The translations under genes and the position numbers were made by a program. This document shows positions 32,201 through 41,670 of a stretch of DNA of 64,000 nt, piece after piece (within the stretch, counting starts at the first letter, position 1; every line of letters starts with the position of its first letter). The notes under the pieces were generated by a model, which searched no databases, was not told the DNA's origin, and saw nothing but the letters and a program-made list of their open reading frames with translations. Source of the DNA: Chloroflexota bacterium (lineage in GTDB: Bacteria > Chloroflexota > UBA11872 > VXOZ01); the NCBI GenBank assembly GCA_964291655.2, contig OZ219802.1:416001-480000 (forward strand), read 5' to 3'.

Positions 32201-32407
32201 TATCGGGATCGTAACGTTTTCTGCGACCGAGACTGGATTGGAAGAAGGGTAGAACGTCGTAACCGTGACAATTGGAAAGTCCACTTCCGGAAAGAGCTCT
32301 ACCGGCAGTCTGGTGTAGGTAAATATGCCCGAAGCGAGCACCAAAATGACGGCGAGCACCGTAACCGAACGGCGGCGCAGCGCGAGACCTGTGACAAAAC
32401 TGATCAA
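29231..32407 (-). CDS. RND efflux transporter permease (AcrB/SwrC-like)
   Basis: 1058 aa; GRVVDDSIVVLEN, GIVVTNAVVL, RLRPILMTA; no membrane-fusion gene adjacent. Confidence 0.95.
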   Translation of the reverse strand: MISFVTGLALRRRSVTVLAVILVLASGIFTYTRLPVELFPEVDFPIVTVTTFYPSSNPVSVAENVTIPIEDAIAGIDGLDTVQSISTENLSVIIASFKFGTDMEEAENIVNSKVSGISFPDVVNDPDVGRIDPDSIPSMRISVTGEREIVELQEILETSVLPKISGIDGIAIVEVTGDVQQQVLITVDPDRLLEERISLFQVSQALRENNITFPGGAITRNGQVLPVKTTNRFGTLDELRQLVIPRTLVGPPSQTGAPPQPLRLADVADVQLGASTARSISRTNGKPSIDISVFKEPDANTVDVTTAVEEALTALDILPPDVEVIIVYNDGPQIQAQIDTLEREAVLGLTLATIVVFAFFLTLRPNAFRGVFRTLRPTLVIVLSIPLSIFAGVLLMDWQGLTLNFMTLGGLAISVGRVVDDSIVVLENVYRNIEGGRERWRAALDATVEVGPAITASTLATIVIFAPLAFIQGLVGAFFFPFALAVSFALIASLLVALTAVPVLGAYLLRPGDLPEGAGEEDEIPETNNWMQRIYVPMLRWSLSHKTLTLLAAIVIAGGSLGLLRFIPINLFSSGGTEFVTINMELPPGTRAEETLAEVIALEEQISEFSDIYSTTAGAAAGASAQSFTTGFNQASTFVQLKEDVPENIVDILRQRLPTTADRRITIVDVGGGPPAAGLEISITGNDYDEIASIALLLASELATIDGLEDVTSDVSEAREEVVVNVDPARAAALGLSTQTVAFQINQILVGQTVTQIDVGDGPIDVILSGPAGTINSVQTISSLMIAGPGGIAPLSDIATVQVVEGPVAINRTDRLRSAGISGDITADDTQAVGLLIQEKIDALDLPPGVTVTNAGVFAQIAEGFEDIFLAMAIGIIMVYLVMVASLGSLRNPFVIVTSLPLALIGALAALAITGRSLGLPGMMGILLLIGIVVTNAVVLVSFVEQLRERGFTVYEALMHGGRIRLRPILMTAITTSFALVPLAAFSEDSGGILGAELATVVIGGLVSSTFLTLLVVPVVYTLANQSIPGLFRREPRRRPAIERVAVPDEFSQPEGVS

Positions 32408-32429
32408 GGCAACCTCCCGGTGGATTGTT

Positions 32430-32447
32430 TTGTGAAATTGCTCACAA
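32430..32447. promoter_or_regulatory. TGTGA-N6-TCACA palindrome (Rex or CRP/FNR-type operator)
   Basis: TTGTGAAATTGCTCACAA, about 20 nt upstream of the RND start; one mismatch to TTGTGAA-N4-TTCACAA. Confidence 0.6.
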
Positions 32448-32887
32448 TTAAAATATACTCGAATTTTTTTCCCTCGTGTAGCTAAAGTGACTTCGAAACC
32501 CTAAGTTCTTGCTAAGAATGTCAATGTCGCAAACGTATAAGAGACCTAAGAAGGGCACGCGCGATAGACGTCGCATTTTGCTGAATTGTGCGCCGTAATT
32601 CGCTCGACATCCTCTTTCGTGCTTTAGCCCGCAGGGACTTTGCGCTCAGTGTCTAGTCCTGAATGTCTAGCATTGTCGGGCAAGAAGCGTCGCTGTCTTT
32701 CCGGCGTTATAGGCGTCCTTCCAAATGGTTGCCCGTGCGCCCGCAGTGTGTGACGGCATCTGCACTCCCTACACATCGCTGCAAGGGTCGGACCCACGAC
32801 TCTTGAATTAGGAAGCCCACCCCGGTGACGATCCACGTTCTTTCACGAACCTTGTTTTCAGTTGAGTTGCTCAAGGAGCTCCGAGAA

Positions 32888-33676
32888 ATGAAAATCCTCT
32901 TAGACCCTGGCCACGGCGGCCGCGATCCTGGGGCCGTTGGCGTGCCGCAAGCTAACCCAGCCTCCGAAACTGCTTCGAGCGAGCGAATCCAGGAAAAGGA
33001 TGTCACGCTCGCGGTGGCGCTGTCCGCCGCCGCGGCTCTGCGTGGACTCGGCTACACAGTACTCTTGACCCGCGAAACCGACTTGGAGGTCCCGCTGCAC
33101 GCACGCACCGGCATGGCGCTGGCAGAGCAGGTAGACGCCTACATTAGCATTCACGCCAATGCCGGCGGCGGCACCGGTTGCGAGGTCTGGTACCAGGATG
33201 GCGATGAATCTTCACGGGCATTTGCCGCAGCGTTGGAGAAGGGAATCTGCGATCTGAACCTCGTACCAAATCGGGGCCTGAAAGCAGGCAGCTCCGCCAC
33301 GCGCACAAACTGGTACACCTTCTCGCGACTCGCCAACGACGCGCTGCTCGAATTGGCGTTTCTCGATCATGAGAGCGATGCCCTACAGCTTCAGCAGCAC
33401 CCTGACCGGTTTGCCCAGGGCATCGTGAACGCAATACAAGCGCACTTGCCGTTAGACGCCGGCACTCATGCCCAATGCACGTTGGAAAGACAGCAACTGA
33501 TCGCCCAGCGGGATGCCATAGTGGAGCAGATGTATGGGGAACTAATGTCAGACCGCGCCGACCTGGCGTACGCGATACGCATCGCCAACGGCGCCCGGCA
33601 TCCCAACGATCTCGGCGGCATGCAAAGGGATGAGCGGCTGCGCGAACTCAATGAGAAGTGGGCTGGGAAAATCTAA
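32888..33676 (+). CDS. N-acetylmuramoyl-L-alanine amidase (Amidase_3), endolysin-like
   Basis: DPGHGG.DPGA, EKDVTL, LTRE, ISIHANA, LLELAFL (Zn ligands and catalytic Glu intact); no signal peptide; AAGGAG RBS. Confidence 0.9.
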   Translation: MKILLDPGHGGRDPGAVGVPQANPASETASSERIQEKDVTLAVALSAAAALRGLGYTVLLTRETDLEVPLHARTGMALAEQVDAYISIHANAGGGTGCEVWYQDGDESSRAFAAALEKGICDLNLVPNRGLKAGSSATRTNWYTFSRLANDALLELAFLDHESDALQLQQHPDRFAQGIVNAIQAHLPLDAGTHAQCTLERQQLIAQRDAIVEQMYGELMSDRADLAYAIRIANGARHPNDLGGMQRDERLRELNEKWAGKI

Positions 33677-33798
33677 TAGGCTTTCACTGCGTCTTTCTGC
33701 CACATGCAACAGTTGTGCTCACCCTGGCCTCTCTCTGTGTAGCTAAGAGACTAAGCGCAAGAGACTGAAACCTCATTCAATGACTTAGGAGACACCAC

Positions 33799-34068
33799 AT
33801 GACAGGTATGGAATTAGCCGGCCTCGGCGGCATCACCGTAGGCGTGCGTATTTTGGTATCCGCGCTCAAGCAAGCCGGATTGCCGAAACGCTTTGCTCCC
33901 CTCACAGCCGTTGTACTCGGCGCAATCGCCGGGAGTGTCGGCGGCAATGTCACGGGCGCCGACTGGTATGCGGGGTTGGTGCTGGGCATTCTTGCCGGCG
34001 GCGCCGCCGTCGGACTCTATGAGATTGGCCGCCAGGCGACCAAGAACCCGCCGGATGGGCTGCTGTAA
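33799..34068 (+). CDS. Holin-like small membrane protein
   Basis: 89 aa, 2-3 hydrophobic segments, LKQAGLPKRFAPL and G..A.GLYE motifs; AGGAG RBS; follows the amidase. Confidence 0.75.
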   Translation: MTGMELAGLGGITVGVRILVSALKQAGLPKRFAPLTAVVLGAIAGSVGGNVTGADWYAGLVLGILAGGAAVGLYEIGRQATKNPPDGLL

Positions 34069-34141
34069 GTTCGGCCAAGGCGCTCTCGCCATGTCCATGC
34101 TCGCTGAATTCCGCTCTATTGCAGCGATGCTGCGGCTACCC

Positions 34142-34200
34142 TTGCCAAAGTCAGACATCCATGATAATATCCAACCGGTTATACTAACCGGTTGGATATT
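34142..34200 (+). promoter_or_regulatory. TA promoter with perfect 16-bp inverted-repeat operator
   Basis: TTGCCA-17 nt-TAATAT overlapping AATATCCAACCGGTTA-tac-TAACCGGTTGGATATT. Confidence 0.75.
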
Positions 34201-34203
34201 GCT

Positions 34204-34455
34204 GTGAAGAAAATTCAAGCCACCGTGGCCAAGGCACATCTCGCGGACCTGCTGCGCATGGTCGAACGCGGCGAGACCATTACTATTACCCGCCACGGCA
34301 AGACGGTTGCCCATCTGGTGCCGGCCCATGTGCATGAAAGCGACTCCCGCAAGCAGGCGATAGAACGCTTTCGGCAACGCCGCGCGGGGTGGCAGCGCGT
34401 CGCTATGACAACAGAAGAGATCCTGGCCGCGCGGCACGAGGGTCATCGCTCTTGA
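34204..34455 (+). CDS. Phd/YefM family antitoxin
   Basis: AKAHLADLL..VERGETITITRHGK.VA.LVP. Confidence 0.9.
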   Translation: MKKIQATVAKAHLADLLRMVERGETITITRHGKTVAHLVPAHVHESDSRKQAIERFRQRRAGWQRVAMTTEEILAARHEGHRS

Positions 34456-34859
34456 GTGTGCTGATTCTCGATGCGTCTGTCGCCGCGGCCTGGCTCTTCA
34501 GCGACGAGACCGAGCCGCGCGCGGATGCAGTCCTCGCGCGCCTGGCAGAAGATGGCGCATTCGTACCGCAACTCTGGCACTTAGAGATACGCAATGTGCT
34601 GCTTGTCGCGGAACGGCGCGGTCGCATTTCAATGGATGAGACAGAAGAGTTGCTCGACGCCTTGAGCGAACTGCCCATCCAAACTGACACAACGCCGGGC
34701 CTCGCGGCCGCTTTCGCGCTGGCTCGCGGGCACGGCCTCTCCTTCTCCGATGCGCTCTATCTCGAACTGGCGCAACGACGCAGTGGAGCACTCGCCACTC
34801 TCGATGCTCAACTTGCGCGCGCTGCCGCAGCCCAGGGTCTAGCGCTTTCCGTGCAATAG
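34452..34859 (+). CDS. vapC: VapC PIN-domain toxin
   Basis: LILDAS, W.LE..N, LSF.DA.YLELA, LATLD; overlaps the antitoxin stop (TTGA). Confidence 0.9.
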   Translation: MSVLILDASVAAAWLFSDETEPRADAVLARLAEDGAFVPQLWHLEIRNVLLVAERRGRISMDETEELLDALSELPIQTDTTPGLAAAFALARGHGLSFSDALYLELAQRRSGALATLDAQLARAAAAQGLALSVQ

Positions 34860-35099
34860 AGTCCCGTCCGCACCCAGCGAATCGGCGAGATTCCCTTCAG
34901 AGGGCACAACGCCACTTCTCCTGGCGCCATAGTCTTCACTCTCATCGAGCTTGTGGTATAAGCGAGCTTTTCCGGGTTCAAGGCAATGGCAGTACTCCTC
35001 TACTGTTTGTATTACCGCGTCCCCGTGACTGAAGGGCTCATAGATAGAAACGCATACCCCGCGTGACAGGCTCTTCTTGCGGTGGGCGCCGGAGACGCT

Positions 35100-35529
35100 G
35101 CACGACGACGTGCGCATCGCAGCTGCTGCCGCCCAATCCGGCGCTGACGAGGCTAACGCTCAACTGCCTAACGGCATCGCAACCCAAGTAGGGCGGCAGT
35201 TTGGCGGCAGGGAACTCTCCGGCGGCGAGTGGCAGAGGGTAGCACTGGCGCGCGGCTTCATGCGTGACGCGGCCTTCGTCATTCTTGATGAACCAACCGC
35301 TGCCTTGGACGCCGAGGCCGAGTACCATCTCTTCCAGCGTTTCAGAGAGTTGGTAGCCGACAAGACGTCCCTCAACATCTCTCACCGTTTCTCTACGGTG
35401 CGCATGGCGGACAACATCCTTGTCTTGGAAGACGGCGCCATCATAGAGGGCGGTTCCCATCAGGAACTCATGGCGGCCAACGGGCGCTATGCCGCACTCT
35501 ACAATATGCAGGCGAGTTGGTATCAGTAG
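35100..35529 (+). pseudogene. C-terminal fragment of an ABC exporter ATPase
   Basis: LSGGEWQRVALAR, ILDEPT, SHRFSTVR present; Walker A and TM domain absent; start approximate. Confidence 0.85.
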
Positions 35530-35624
35530 ACAGGTCATTCAGTCTACACAATTCACCGCTTGGCACGTGCAAGTCAGCCCAAGCGCAGTTGAGATCGTCT
35601 TACACTCGCCCCCCGGATCCAGAA

Positions 35625-35648
35625 GCGGGCGACAAGCCTCCGCGCGAC
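35625..35648 (-). repeat. Degenerate GTAG-type REP copy
   Basis: Minus strand GTCGCGCGGAGGCTTGTCGCCCGC, 3 mismatches to the REP in the 56.5 kb array. Confidence 0.65.
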
Positions 35649-35949
35649 GCTAAGGCTGTCACTCCGGCGATTCTTGAGGTATCTCCGGGTGATAGGGCGT
35701 CAGGGGCGATGCGAGGTCCGGTCTACTCCCACATTTCCGAAGTAGCATCTTGACGTGCGCAATTTGATGCTTCCGCCCATTCAGAGTCAAGAGTAGATCT
35801 GATTTCCCTATCAAGGTTTCGAACAATGCATTCAGTGTTGCTTAACTCTGCTACAGCTCAAGTGTACACTCTTAAACAATATGTTTATGAATGATGAAAG
35901 CGCGCAACTCTCCAAGATGGATGAGAGAACCAAACGCAAGAACGGAGTC

Positions 35950-36869
35950 GTGAACGAGGTGGCGGTAGGCAAACCCCTAATCGAAGCGCAAGGCCTCACC
36001 AAGCATTACGGCCAAACTATCGCGCTGCACGATGTTGACATGCAGGTCAGCAACGGCATTACCGGCCTGCTGGGACCCAACGGCGCGGCAAGAGCACTGC
36101 CATGAAGCTCTTCCTGGGGTTGCTCCAACCTACAGCGGGCACGGCTACCGTGCTGGGAGAAAGGCCCTACGAGAACATCGCCGTGCGCACGCGCCTCGGA
36201 TACATGCCGGAGCACGATTGCTTGCCCGACTTTGTCACGGCATCTGAATTTCTCAGTCACATGGCGCAAGTGAGTGGCATTCCACTCAAGCATGCCCGCA
36301 CGCGCGCGGCGGACATGCTCAGGCACGTGGGCCTGGATGAAGAGCGTTACCGCCACATAAAGGAATACTCAACCGGCATGAAGCAGCGCGTGAAGCTGGC
36401 GCAGGCTCTCGTGCATGACCCGGTGCTGGTGTTGCTTGATGAACCGACGGCCGGTCTTGATCCTGCCGGACGTGAAGAGATGCTGGAGCTCGTGCGGCGT
36501 ACCGGCCGGGAATTCGGCATCAATCTTATGCTCTCTTCACACCTCATGGGCGATGTGGAAAGCACCTGCGACCGCATCATCGTCATTGAAGGGGGGGCAA
36601 TCATCGAACAAGGCGATGTTGCTGACTTTACCCAAGAGACGGAGACGTTCTACATAGATGTGGACGACCGGAGGGAAGAACTGGTTACTGTGCTCCAAAG
36701 CAGCGGCCTGAAAACGCGGATCAGCGGGGCTTCAGTTGTGGTAATGTTGCGCGACGACGACCAGCTCGACGTTATCCGCGACGCGCTTGCAGAGTCAGGC
36801 GCCCGCCTGCGCAGACTCGCGCCTAGCCGCGGCGAATTGTCGGACATCTTTCGGAGGAACACCGAGTGA
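35950..36869 (+). pseudogene. ABC-2 ATP-binding protein frameshifted within Walker A (or a sequencing error)
   Basis: Adding one G near 36087 converts GPNGAARALP* into GPNGAGKSTAMKL and joins ORFs 35881-36105 and 36102-36869. Confidence 0.88.
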
Positions 36870-37867
36870 ACCAAGCCCAAGGTGAAATCTACGATCTCGG
36901 GTACCAACACTACGACGGCCCGCGGGGCGGCAGGTCGCAGGCCTTTCAATCATTGTGGGTAAACAGCTTTCGCACGACACTCGGACTGGGGCGCGGCGCA
37001 CGCGCGAAGATCCTGCCGGCGCTGATGACGTTGTTCGTCATCGCCCCGCCCACGGTCTTTCTGGTTATTTCCGCAGTGATCAGAGTAGGCCAACAGGCCA
37101 GCCACGCCGACTTCTACGAGGCCCTTGCCATCCTACTGCTGCTCTTTTCGGCCATCATGGCGCCGGAATTGCTCATTCCAGATCGCCGCAACAGTGTCAC
37201 GACCCTCTACTTGGTACGGCCGCTTACAGCCTTCGACTACGTGCTGGCGCGCTGGTCGGCCTTTCTGACGATCGTGCTCGCGGTGACCTTGTTGTCGCAA
37301 GTCATCGTGCTCGCCGCCAACCTCTTGCTGGCGCCGGCGCCCGGCGAATTCTTGCGCGAGAATTGGCTTGACATTCCACGCTTTATCCTCGCCGGCGCCA
37401 TTATTGCCGTGTTCGTCACCACCATCCCTATGGCAGTGTCTGCCTTCACCGAACGTCGGGCCTACGCGGCAGCCTTCGTCATCGCGCTCTTTGTGATCAC
37501 CACGCCCATGTCAGGACTGCTGACGTTTGAGGATTGTTCGCCTGTCCTTCCTTTGGATGCAAGCAACAGCGCGGTGGTTGAAGAGGAACCACTTGCCGTC
37601 CGCGCAGGACCAAGACGGGGCGGGGAAGCCGCCTTCTCTGTCGAGTGCCGGCGGTTCACCGGTGATTACGCCAAGTGGTTCGTGCTGCTCGACGTCGGCC
37701 GCGCACCCACGCACCTGGGCGACCTGATTTTCGACGACGATGAATCGGACGACTTCGCACAACTTGCCGCTGAATTGCCACTAGCCGTTCCCATCGCCTG
37801 GTACGGACTGCTGGTGGTTGGGCCGGGCGCGGTGTTGCTGTGGCGGTACTGGAGCATAAAGATATGA
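36866..37867 (+). CDS. ABC-2 transporter permease
   Basis: IYDLGYQHYDGPR start, DRR....LYLVRPL...DY, multiple TM segments. Confidence 0.85.
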   Translation: MNQAQGEIYDLGYQHYDGPRGGRSQAFQSLWVNSFRTTLGLGRGARAKILPALMTLFVIAPPTVFLVISAVIRVGQQASHADFYEALAILLLLFSAIMAPELLIPDRRNSVTTLYLVRPLTAFDYVLARWSAFLTIVLAVTLLSQVIVLAANLLLAPAPGEFLRENWLDIPRFILAGAIIAVFVTTIPMAVSAFTERRAYAAAFVIALFVITTPMSGLLTFEDCSPVLPLDASNSAVVEEEPLAVRAGPRRGGEAAFSVECRRFTGDYAKWFVLLDVGRAPTHLGDLIFDDDESDDFAQLAAELPLAVPIAWYGLLVVGPGAVLLWRYWSIKI

Positions 37868-38793
37868 ACGAGGCTGCTGTTCCCGTCATCGCTGTGGAAA
37901 ACGTCTCCAAATGGTTTGGCAGCGTGGTGGCCGTCAACGATGTCTCACTCTCGATTACACCAGGTATAATCGGTTTGCTGGGCCCAAACGGCGCCGGCAA
38001 GACGACACTCCTCAAGATGATGGAGGGGCTGGCCGCACCCTCGGACGGCACCGTAACTATCTTTGGCGAAACGCCGCGCAATAATCCCAACCTCTTTCGG
38101 CGTGTTGGGGTGATGTCGGAACACGAAGCCGTGTATGGCTTTCAATCCGGCAAGCAGTTTGTAGATTTCTCCGCCAGGCTGCACGGTGTCACCGCCACCG
38201 CGGAGGCAACCGCGCAGGCAATCGAGCGGGTCGGTCTGGCCGACGCCCAACACCGGCCGCTCGGGACGTACTCGCGCGGCATGCGCCAACGCATGCGACT
38301 GGCAGCAGCTATCGTACACGAGCCGCAGGCAATCATCCTCGACGAGCCTCTGAACGGCACGGATCCGCGCCAGCGCATTGAGTTTCACGATCTCATGCGC
38401 CATCTCGCCGACGAAGGGCGGACGATTCTCATCTCATCTCACATACTTGAGGAAGTTGAAACGCTTGCCGACCGCATTCTCCTCATGGTGAGCGGCAAGT
38501 TGGCAGCCTCCGGCGACTACCGTGCGATTCGGGCGAAGCTTGACGAGCAGCCCTATGCTGTACGCATTGTCTCTAACGACCCTCGCACTATGGCGGCGGC
38601 ACTCATTGAGTTGGAAAGTATTGAATCGGTCTCGCTGGGTGGAGACAATGAAGTGATCGTCCTGAGCACAAACGTGGCGGTGCTGCAACGGTCGCTCGCC
38701 CACATCGCCAAGGACCGCGGCATTCGCCTCGAGCGTGTGGAGCCACTGGACGATTCGCTTGAGAGCGTCTTCAGTTACATTGTGGAGGGTTAG
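37864..38793 (+). CDS. ABC-2 ATP-binding protein
   Basis: GPNGAGKTT, YSRGMRQR, LDEP, SSH. Confidence 0.93.
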   Translation: MNEAAVPVIAVENVSKWFGSVVAVNDVSLSITPGIIGLLGPNGAGKTTLLKMMEGLAAPSDGTVTIFGETPRNNPNLFRRVGVMSEHEAVYGFQSGKQFVDFSARLHGVTATAEATAQAIERVGLADAQHRPLGTYSRGMRQRMRLAAAIVHEPQAIILDEPLNGTDPRQRIEFHDLMRHLADEGRTILISSHILEEVETLADRILLMVSGKLAASGDYRAIRAKLDEQPYAVRIVSNDPRTMAAALIELESIESVSLGGDNEVIVLSTNVAVLQRSLAHIAKDRGIRLERVEPLDDSLESVFSYIVEG

Positions 38794-39516
38794 ATGGCGG
38801 AGATATTCCTGCTCTCGCTCAAGCAGCTTCTCGGCAGGTGGCGTGTGCTTGTAATTCTAATTCTCGCTGCGCTGCCGTCGTTACTGGTGCTTCTTATCAG
38901 ACTCCTCGGTGAGGGCAATATTGGCTTCCACGGCGAGTTCGTTGGCGTCATCATTGACGCTATGATCACAGGCGGCATCATGCCAATCGTGACAATGACG
39001 CTTGCCACCGCAGCCTTCGGCAACGAACTGGAAGACAAAACGCTGTACTATCTTGTTTTGAAGCCGGTGCCGCGAATCTCTATCGTGCTCGCGAAACTGC
39101 TTGCAGTCCTGATTGTGGCGCTGCCGCTGGTGATAGCGAGTGGCGTCGTGGCTTCCGCACTCGTGAACGCGGAGGCACGACAAATGGGCATTGTCGCTAT
39201 CGCCCTGGCCGCGGGTGTGACTGCCTACGCCTCGATCTTCACTTTGGCGGGCCTCTTGACCCCACGCGCGCTGGCCTACGGCCTGGTGTACGTGTTGGTG
39301 TGGGAAGGGCTGCTCAGCACGATCCTCAGCGGCATTGGCTACCTCAGCATCCGGGGCTACACGCTCGCGCTGCTGAATGGCATGGATGAGACCAGCTTTG
39401 CAGCATTTGAGGAGCGCGTGATCGAGTTCCCGGCCGCTATGGTTGGCACGGGAGTCGTGATTGTGGCCTTCTTCCTGCTGGCGCTGTATCGTCTGCGCAC
39501 CATGGACGTGCCTTAG
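38794..39516 (+). CDS. ABC-2 transporter permease
   Basis: E.EDKTLYY.VLKP.PR....LAK, multiple TM segments. Confidence 0.85.
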   Translation: MAEIFLLSLKQLLGRWRVLVILILAALPSLLVLLIRLLGEGNIGFHGEFVGVIIDAMITGGIMPIVTMTLATAAFGNELEDKTLYYLVLKPVPRISIVLAKLLAVLIVALPLVIASGVVASALVNAEARQMGIVAIALAAGVTAYASIFTLAGLLTPRALAYGLVYVLVWEGLLSTILSGIGYLSIRGYTLALLNGMDETSFAAFEERVIEFPAAMVGTGVVIVAFFLLALYRLRTMDVP

Positions 39517-39642
39517 GGACGGATGAGCTAGACGGTGTGACGTACAGCATCTTCGGGCTGTGAAGCACTCGCTGTGTGTTCAGTCCGTTCAGTGTTTACT
39601 GACTGGGGTCAACGTCGCGTCAGAGATAGCCAGCCTTCGCAC

Positions 39643-40380
39643 TCATGGTAAGAGATAGGGAGCTAATTCAGAAAGTGATGTGATTTCCAGATCAGGTTGG
39701 GCATCACTCTTAGTGCGTACGGTACCGTCCCGATTCAGCCACACCGAGCTAAGACCGGCCGCATTCGCTCCAGCAACGTCAGCCGCCAGGCTATCTCCGA
39801 CGTGCCATACTTTCTTGCCGGATACGCCAAGAGCCTTGAGCACAACAGTAAACGCACGTTTATCCGGTTTGGCCGCGCCAGTCTCCCCAGAGATTGAAAA
39901 TGCGTTAAACCAACTGGCAATACCCATTGCCTCAATCTTATGTCGCTGTGTGTCGGAGGCGCCATTCGTCACCAGAGCTGCTGGGACGCGTGCCTGCCGC
40001 ACTGCACTAATGAGTCCCGCTACGTCAGCGAATGGCTGATAAGAGTCCCAGGCCAAGCGCAAATGAGTCTTAGCTGCATATTGAGCGAGTGATTCGTCAT
40101 TGTAGCCACATACCTGAAGTGTTCTGCGCCAAGTTTCAAGAGTGAGATCTGCGCCGCTCATTCTGCCGAGCGTCCAAGCGTCATGCCTCTCTGGCCCATA
40201 GGTACTGAACACTGCGTGATTGGCCGCTTGCAGTCGCTTTGCCTCTAGCTCCGACCGCAGCAACGCAAGCTCCTCGCAGGTTTGCGCGATGGACTGCGGG
40301 AATGTGCTGCCGTCCAGCAGTGTTTCATCCAAATCAAGAAGAAGCGCGTGCAATCGACTCACATATAACCTCAGAGACAT
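39643..40380 (-). CDS. HAD family hydrolase
   Basis: DLDETL, TNG, KP, HVGDS..ADVAGA. Confidence 0.92.
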   Translation of the reverse strand: MSLRLYVSRLHALLLDLDETLLDGSTFPQSIAQTCEELALLRSELEAKRLQAANHAVFSTYGPERHDAWTLGRMSGADLTLETWRRTLQVCGYNDESLAQYAAKTHLRLAWDSYQPFADVAGLISAVRQARVPAALVTNGASDTQRHKIEAMGIASWFNAFSISGETGAAKPDKRAFTVVLKALGVSGKKVWHVGDSLAADVAGANAAGLSSVWLNRDGTVRTKSDAQPDLEITSLSELAPYLLP

Positions 40381-40458
40381 CCCGCTCCCAAATCAAAGAG
40401 AGGAGGATATCTGTCCACCTATTACTAGTCTCTTCTCTCCCCCTACCGCTGCCTATTC

Positions 40459-41385
40459 TCAACCAGTCTCAATGCGGCCGAAATCTCGAAGCACCCGTAG
40501 ATTCTTCAAGGTAGTCCGTGCCTGCCATTCCCGCTTGGCGATCTCCCAGGCCTCAGGATGCTGTTCGCCCCATGAGAAGTTCGGCGACCACGCGCCATCC
40601 GCGCCCTGTTGCTCGATCTCGAAATCCAGGTTCATTGCCACTTCATCCGCCAATGCGTCCGCCAGTGGAGCGTCCGGCGAAGAAACCACATACAAGGGCT
40701 TCAGAACATAGCCGGTCAATTGCTCCGGCTCGCGCGCGACGCCGTGTTCCGCCGCCTTGGCAAGTTTCATCCAGATACGGTCCTTCAACTCCTGAGGCAA
40801 CGCTTCAGTCTCCGCGAGGCTGACAAAGCAAATGAGGTCGTGCATCTCCATCTCGTCGGGCAGCGAATCCAGGTGCACGAAAACCGCTTGCGTTGTTGAC
40901 TGCAGAAGGTCCACCGGCACCGCGGCCCTGTAGTCGTGCAAGTAGCCGACTATCTCCACCCGCGGGTTTATGAGAAATCCACCAAAGCCTGCCTCACTCG
41001 CCGCATAGTCCCACCACGGGGCGTGGGGCGCGTCTTCAACCTCGGGCGGAATGATCGGCCACACCTGCCGGGACTCATCGTAGGTTGCGAGCAGGTAATC
41101 AAGGCCCCTGCACACCAGCGGATGGTCGGCAGCAATGCCAAGAGAGCGAAAACTTTGAAACGCCACTGTCGTCGCAATCGCTGACGACGCCGGCGTTCTC
41201 AGATCGGGCTCCAGACCGTGACCGAATCCGCCGTCGTCGTTCTGATAGGCCGCGAGCGCGGTAAGGACGTCTTCGGCAGATCCACCCTCAAAGTAATAGC
41301 GGAGAAGCGCTCGGTCTAGGTCCCTGCCCTGCTCCTTTACGTATGCTATGGATTGTTGAAATGCCGTCTTTGAAAGTCGTTTCAT
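40459..41385 (-). CDS. Conserved protein with prenyltransferase/squalene-oxidase-like repeats
   Basis: YQNDDGGFGHGLEPD, PHAPWW, QGADGAW. Confidence 0.7.
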   Translation of the reverse strand: MKRLSKTAFQQSIAYVKEQGRDLDRALLRYYFEGGSAEDVLTALAAYQNDDGGFGHGLEPDLRTPASSAIATTVAFQSFRSLGIAADHPLVCRGLDYLLATYDESRQVWPIIPPEVEDAPHAPWWDYAASEAGFGGFLINPRVEIVGYLHDYRAAVPVDLLQSTTQAVFVHLDSLPDEMEMHDLICFVSLAETEALPQELKDRIWMKLAKAAEHGVAREPEQLTGYVLKPLYVVSSPDAPLADALADEVAMNLDFEIEQQGADGAWSPNFSWGEQHPEAWEIAKREWQARTTLKNLRVLRDFGRIETG

Positions 41386-41670
41386 CCGTGATCCTTCTCC
41401 ACAAAGGGCCGAGGTATTCGTTCATTGAGACTCACGTAGTCAGTCTGAACGGAGGATAGCACACACCATCTGTTGTCTGTGGCCGGCTGCAATTTCTTTC
41501 AGTTTTGAAGTAAGTCAAGTCCTTGACAATTGCAAACAAAAGCAGACTCCTGCTATGGTAGTGTCTAAGCGGTTTGATGGAGCAAAGGAAGGAGAGGTAA
41601 AAGATTGCGTCGGCCGCACTATGTTCAGGGAGTCCCATAGTCAGTGTCTTCCTCTAAAGGGAGGGAAACC

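Noticed and set aside
32781-32820. Minus-strand TTCCTAA...GTCGTGGGTCCGACCCTTGC resembling a tRNA 3' half or att remnant
   Set aside because: The anticodon stem does not pair, the T-loop is degenerate and there is no acceptor stem; too weak without a covariance search
32580-32830. Possible c-di-AMP (ydaO) riboswitch upstream of the amidase
   Set aside because: Diagnostic conserved motifs are absent
32476-33752. GTGTAGCTAA occurs upstream of both the amidase and the holin
   Set aside because: Only 10 bp, two copies, and at different distances from the starts; chance cannot be excluded
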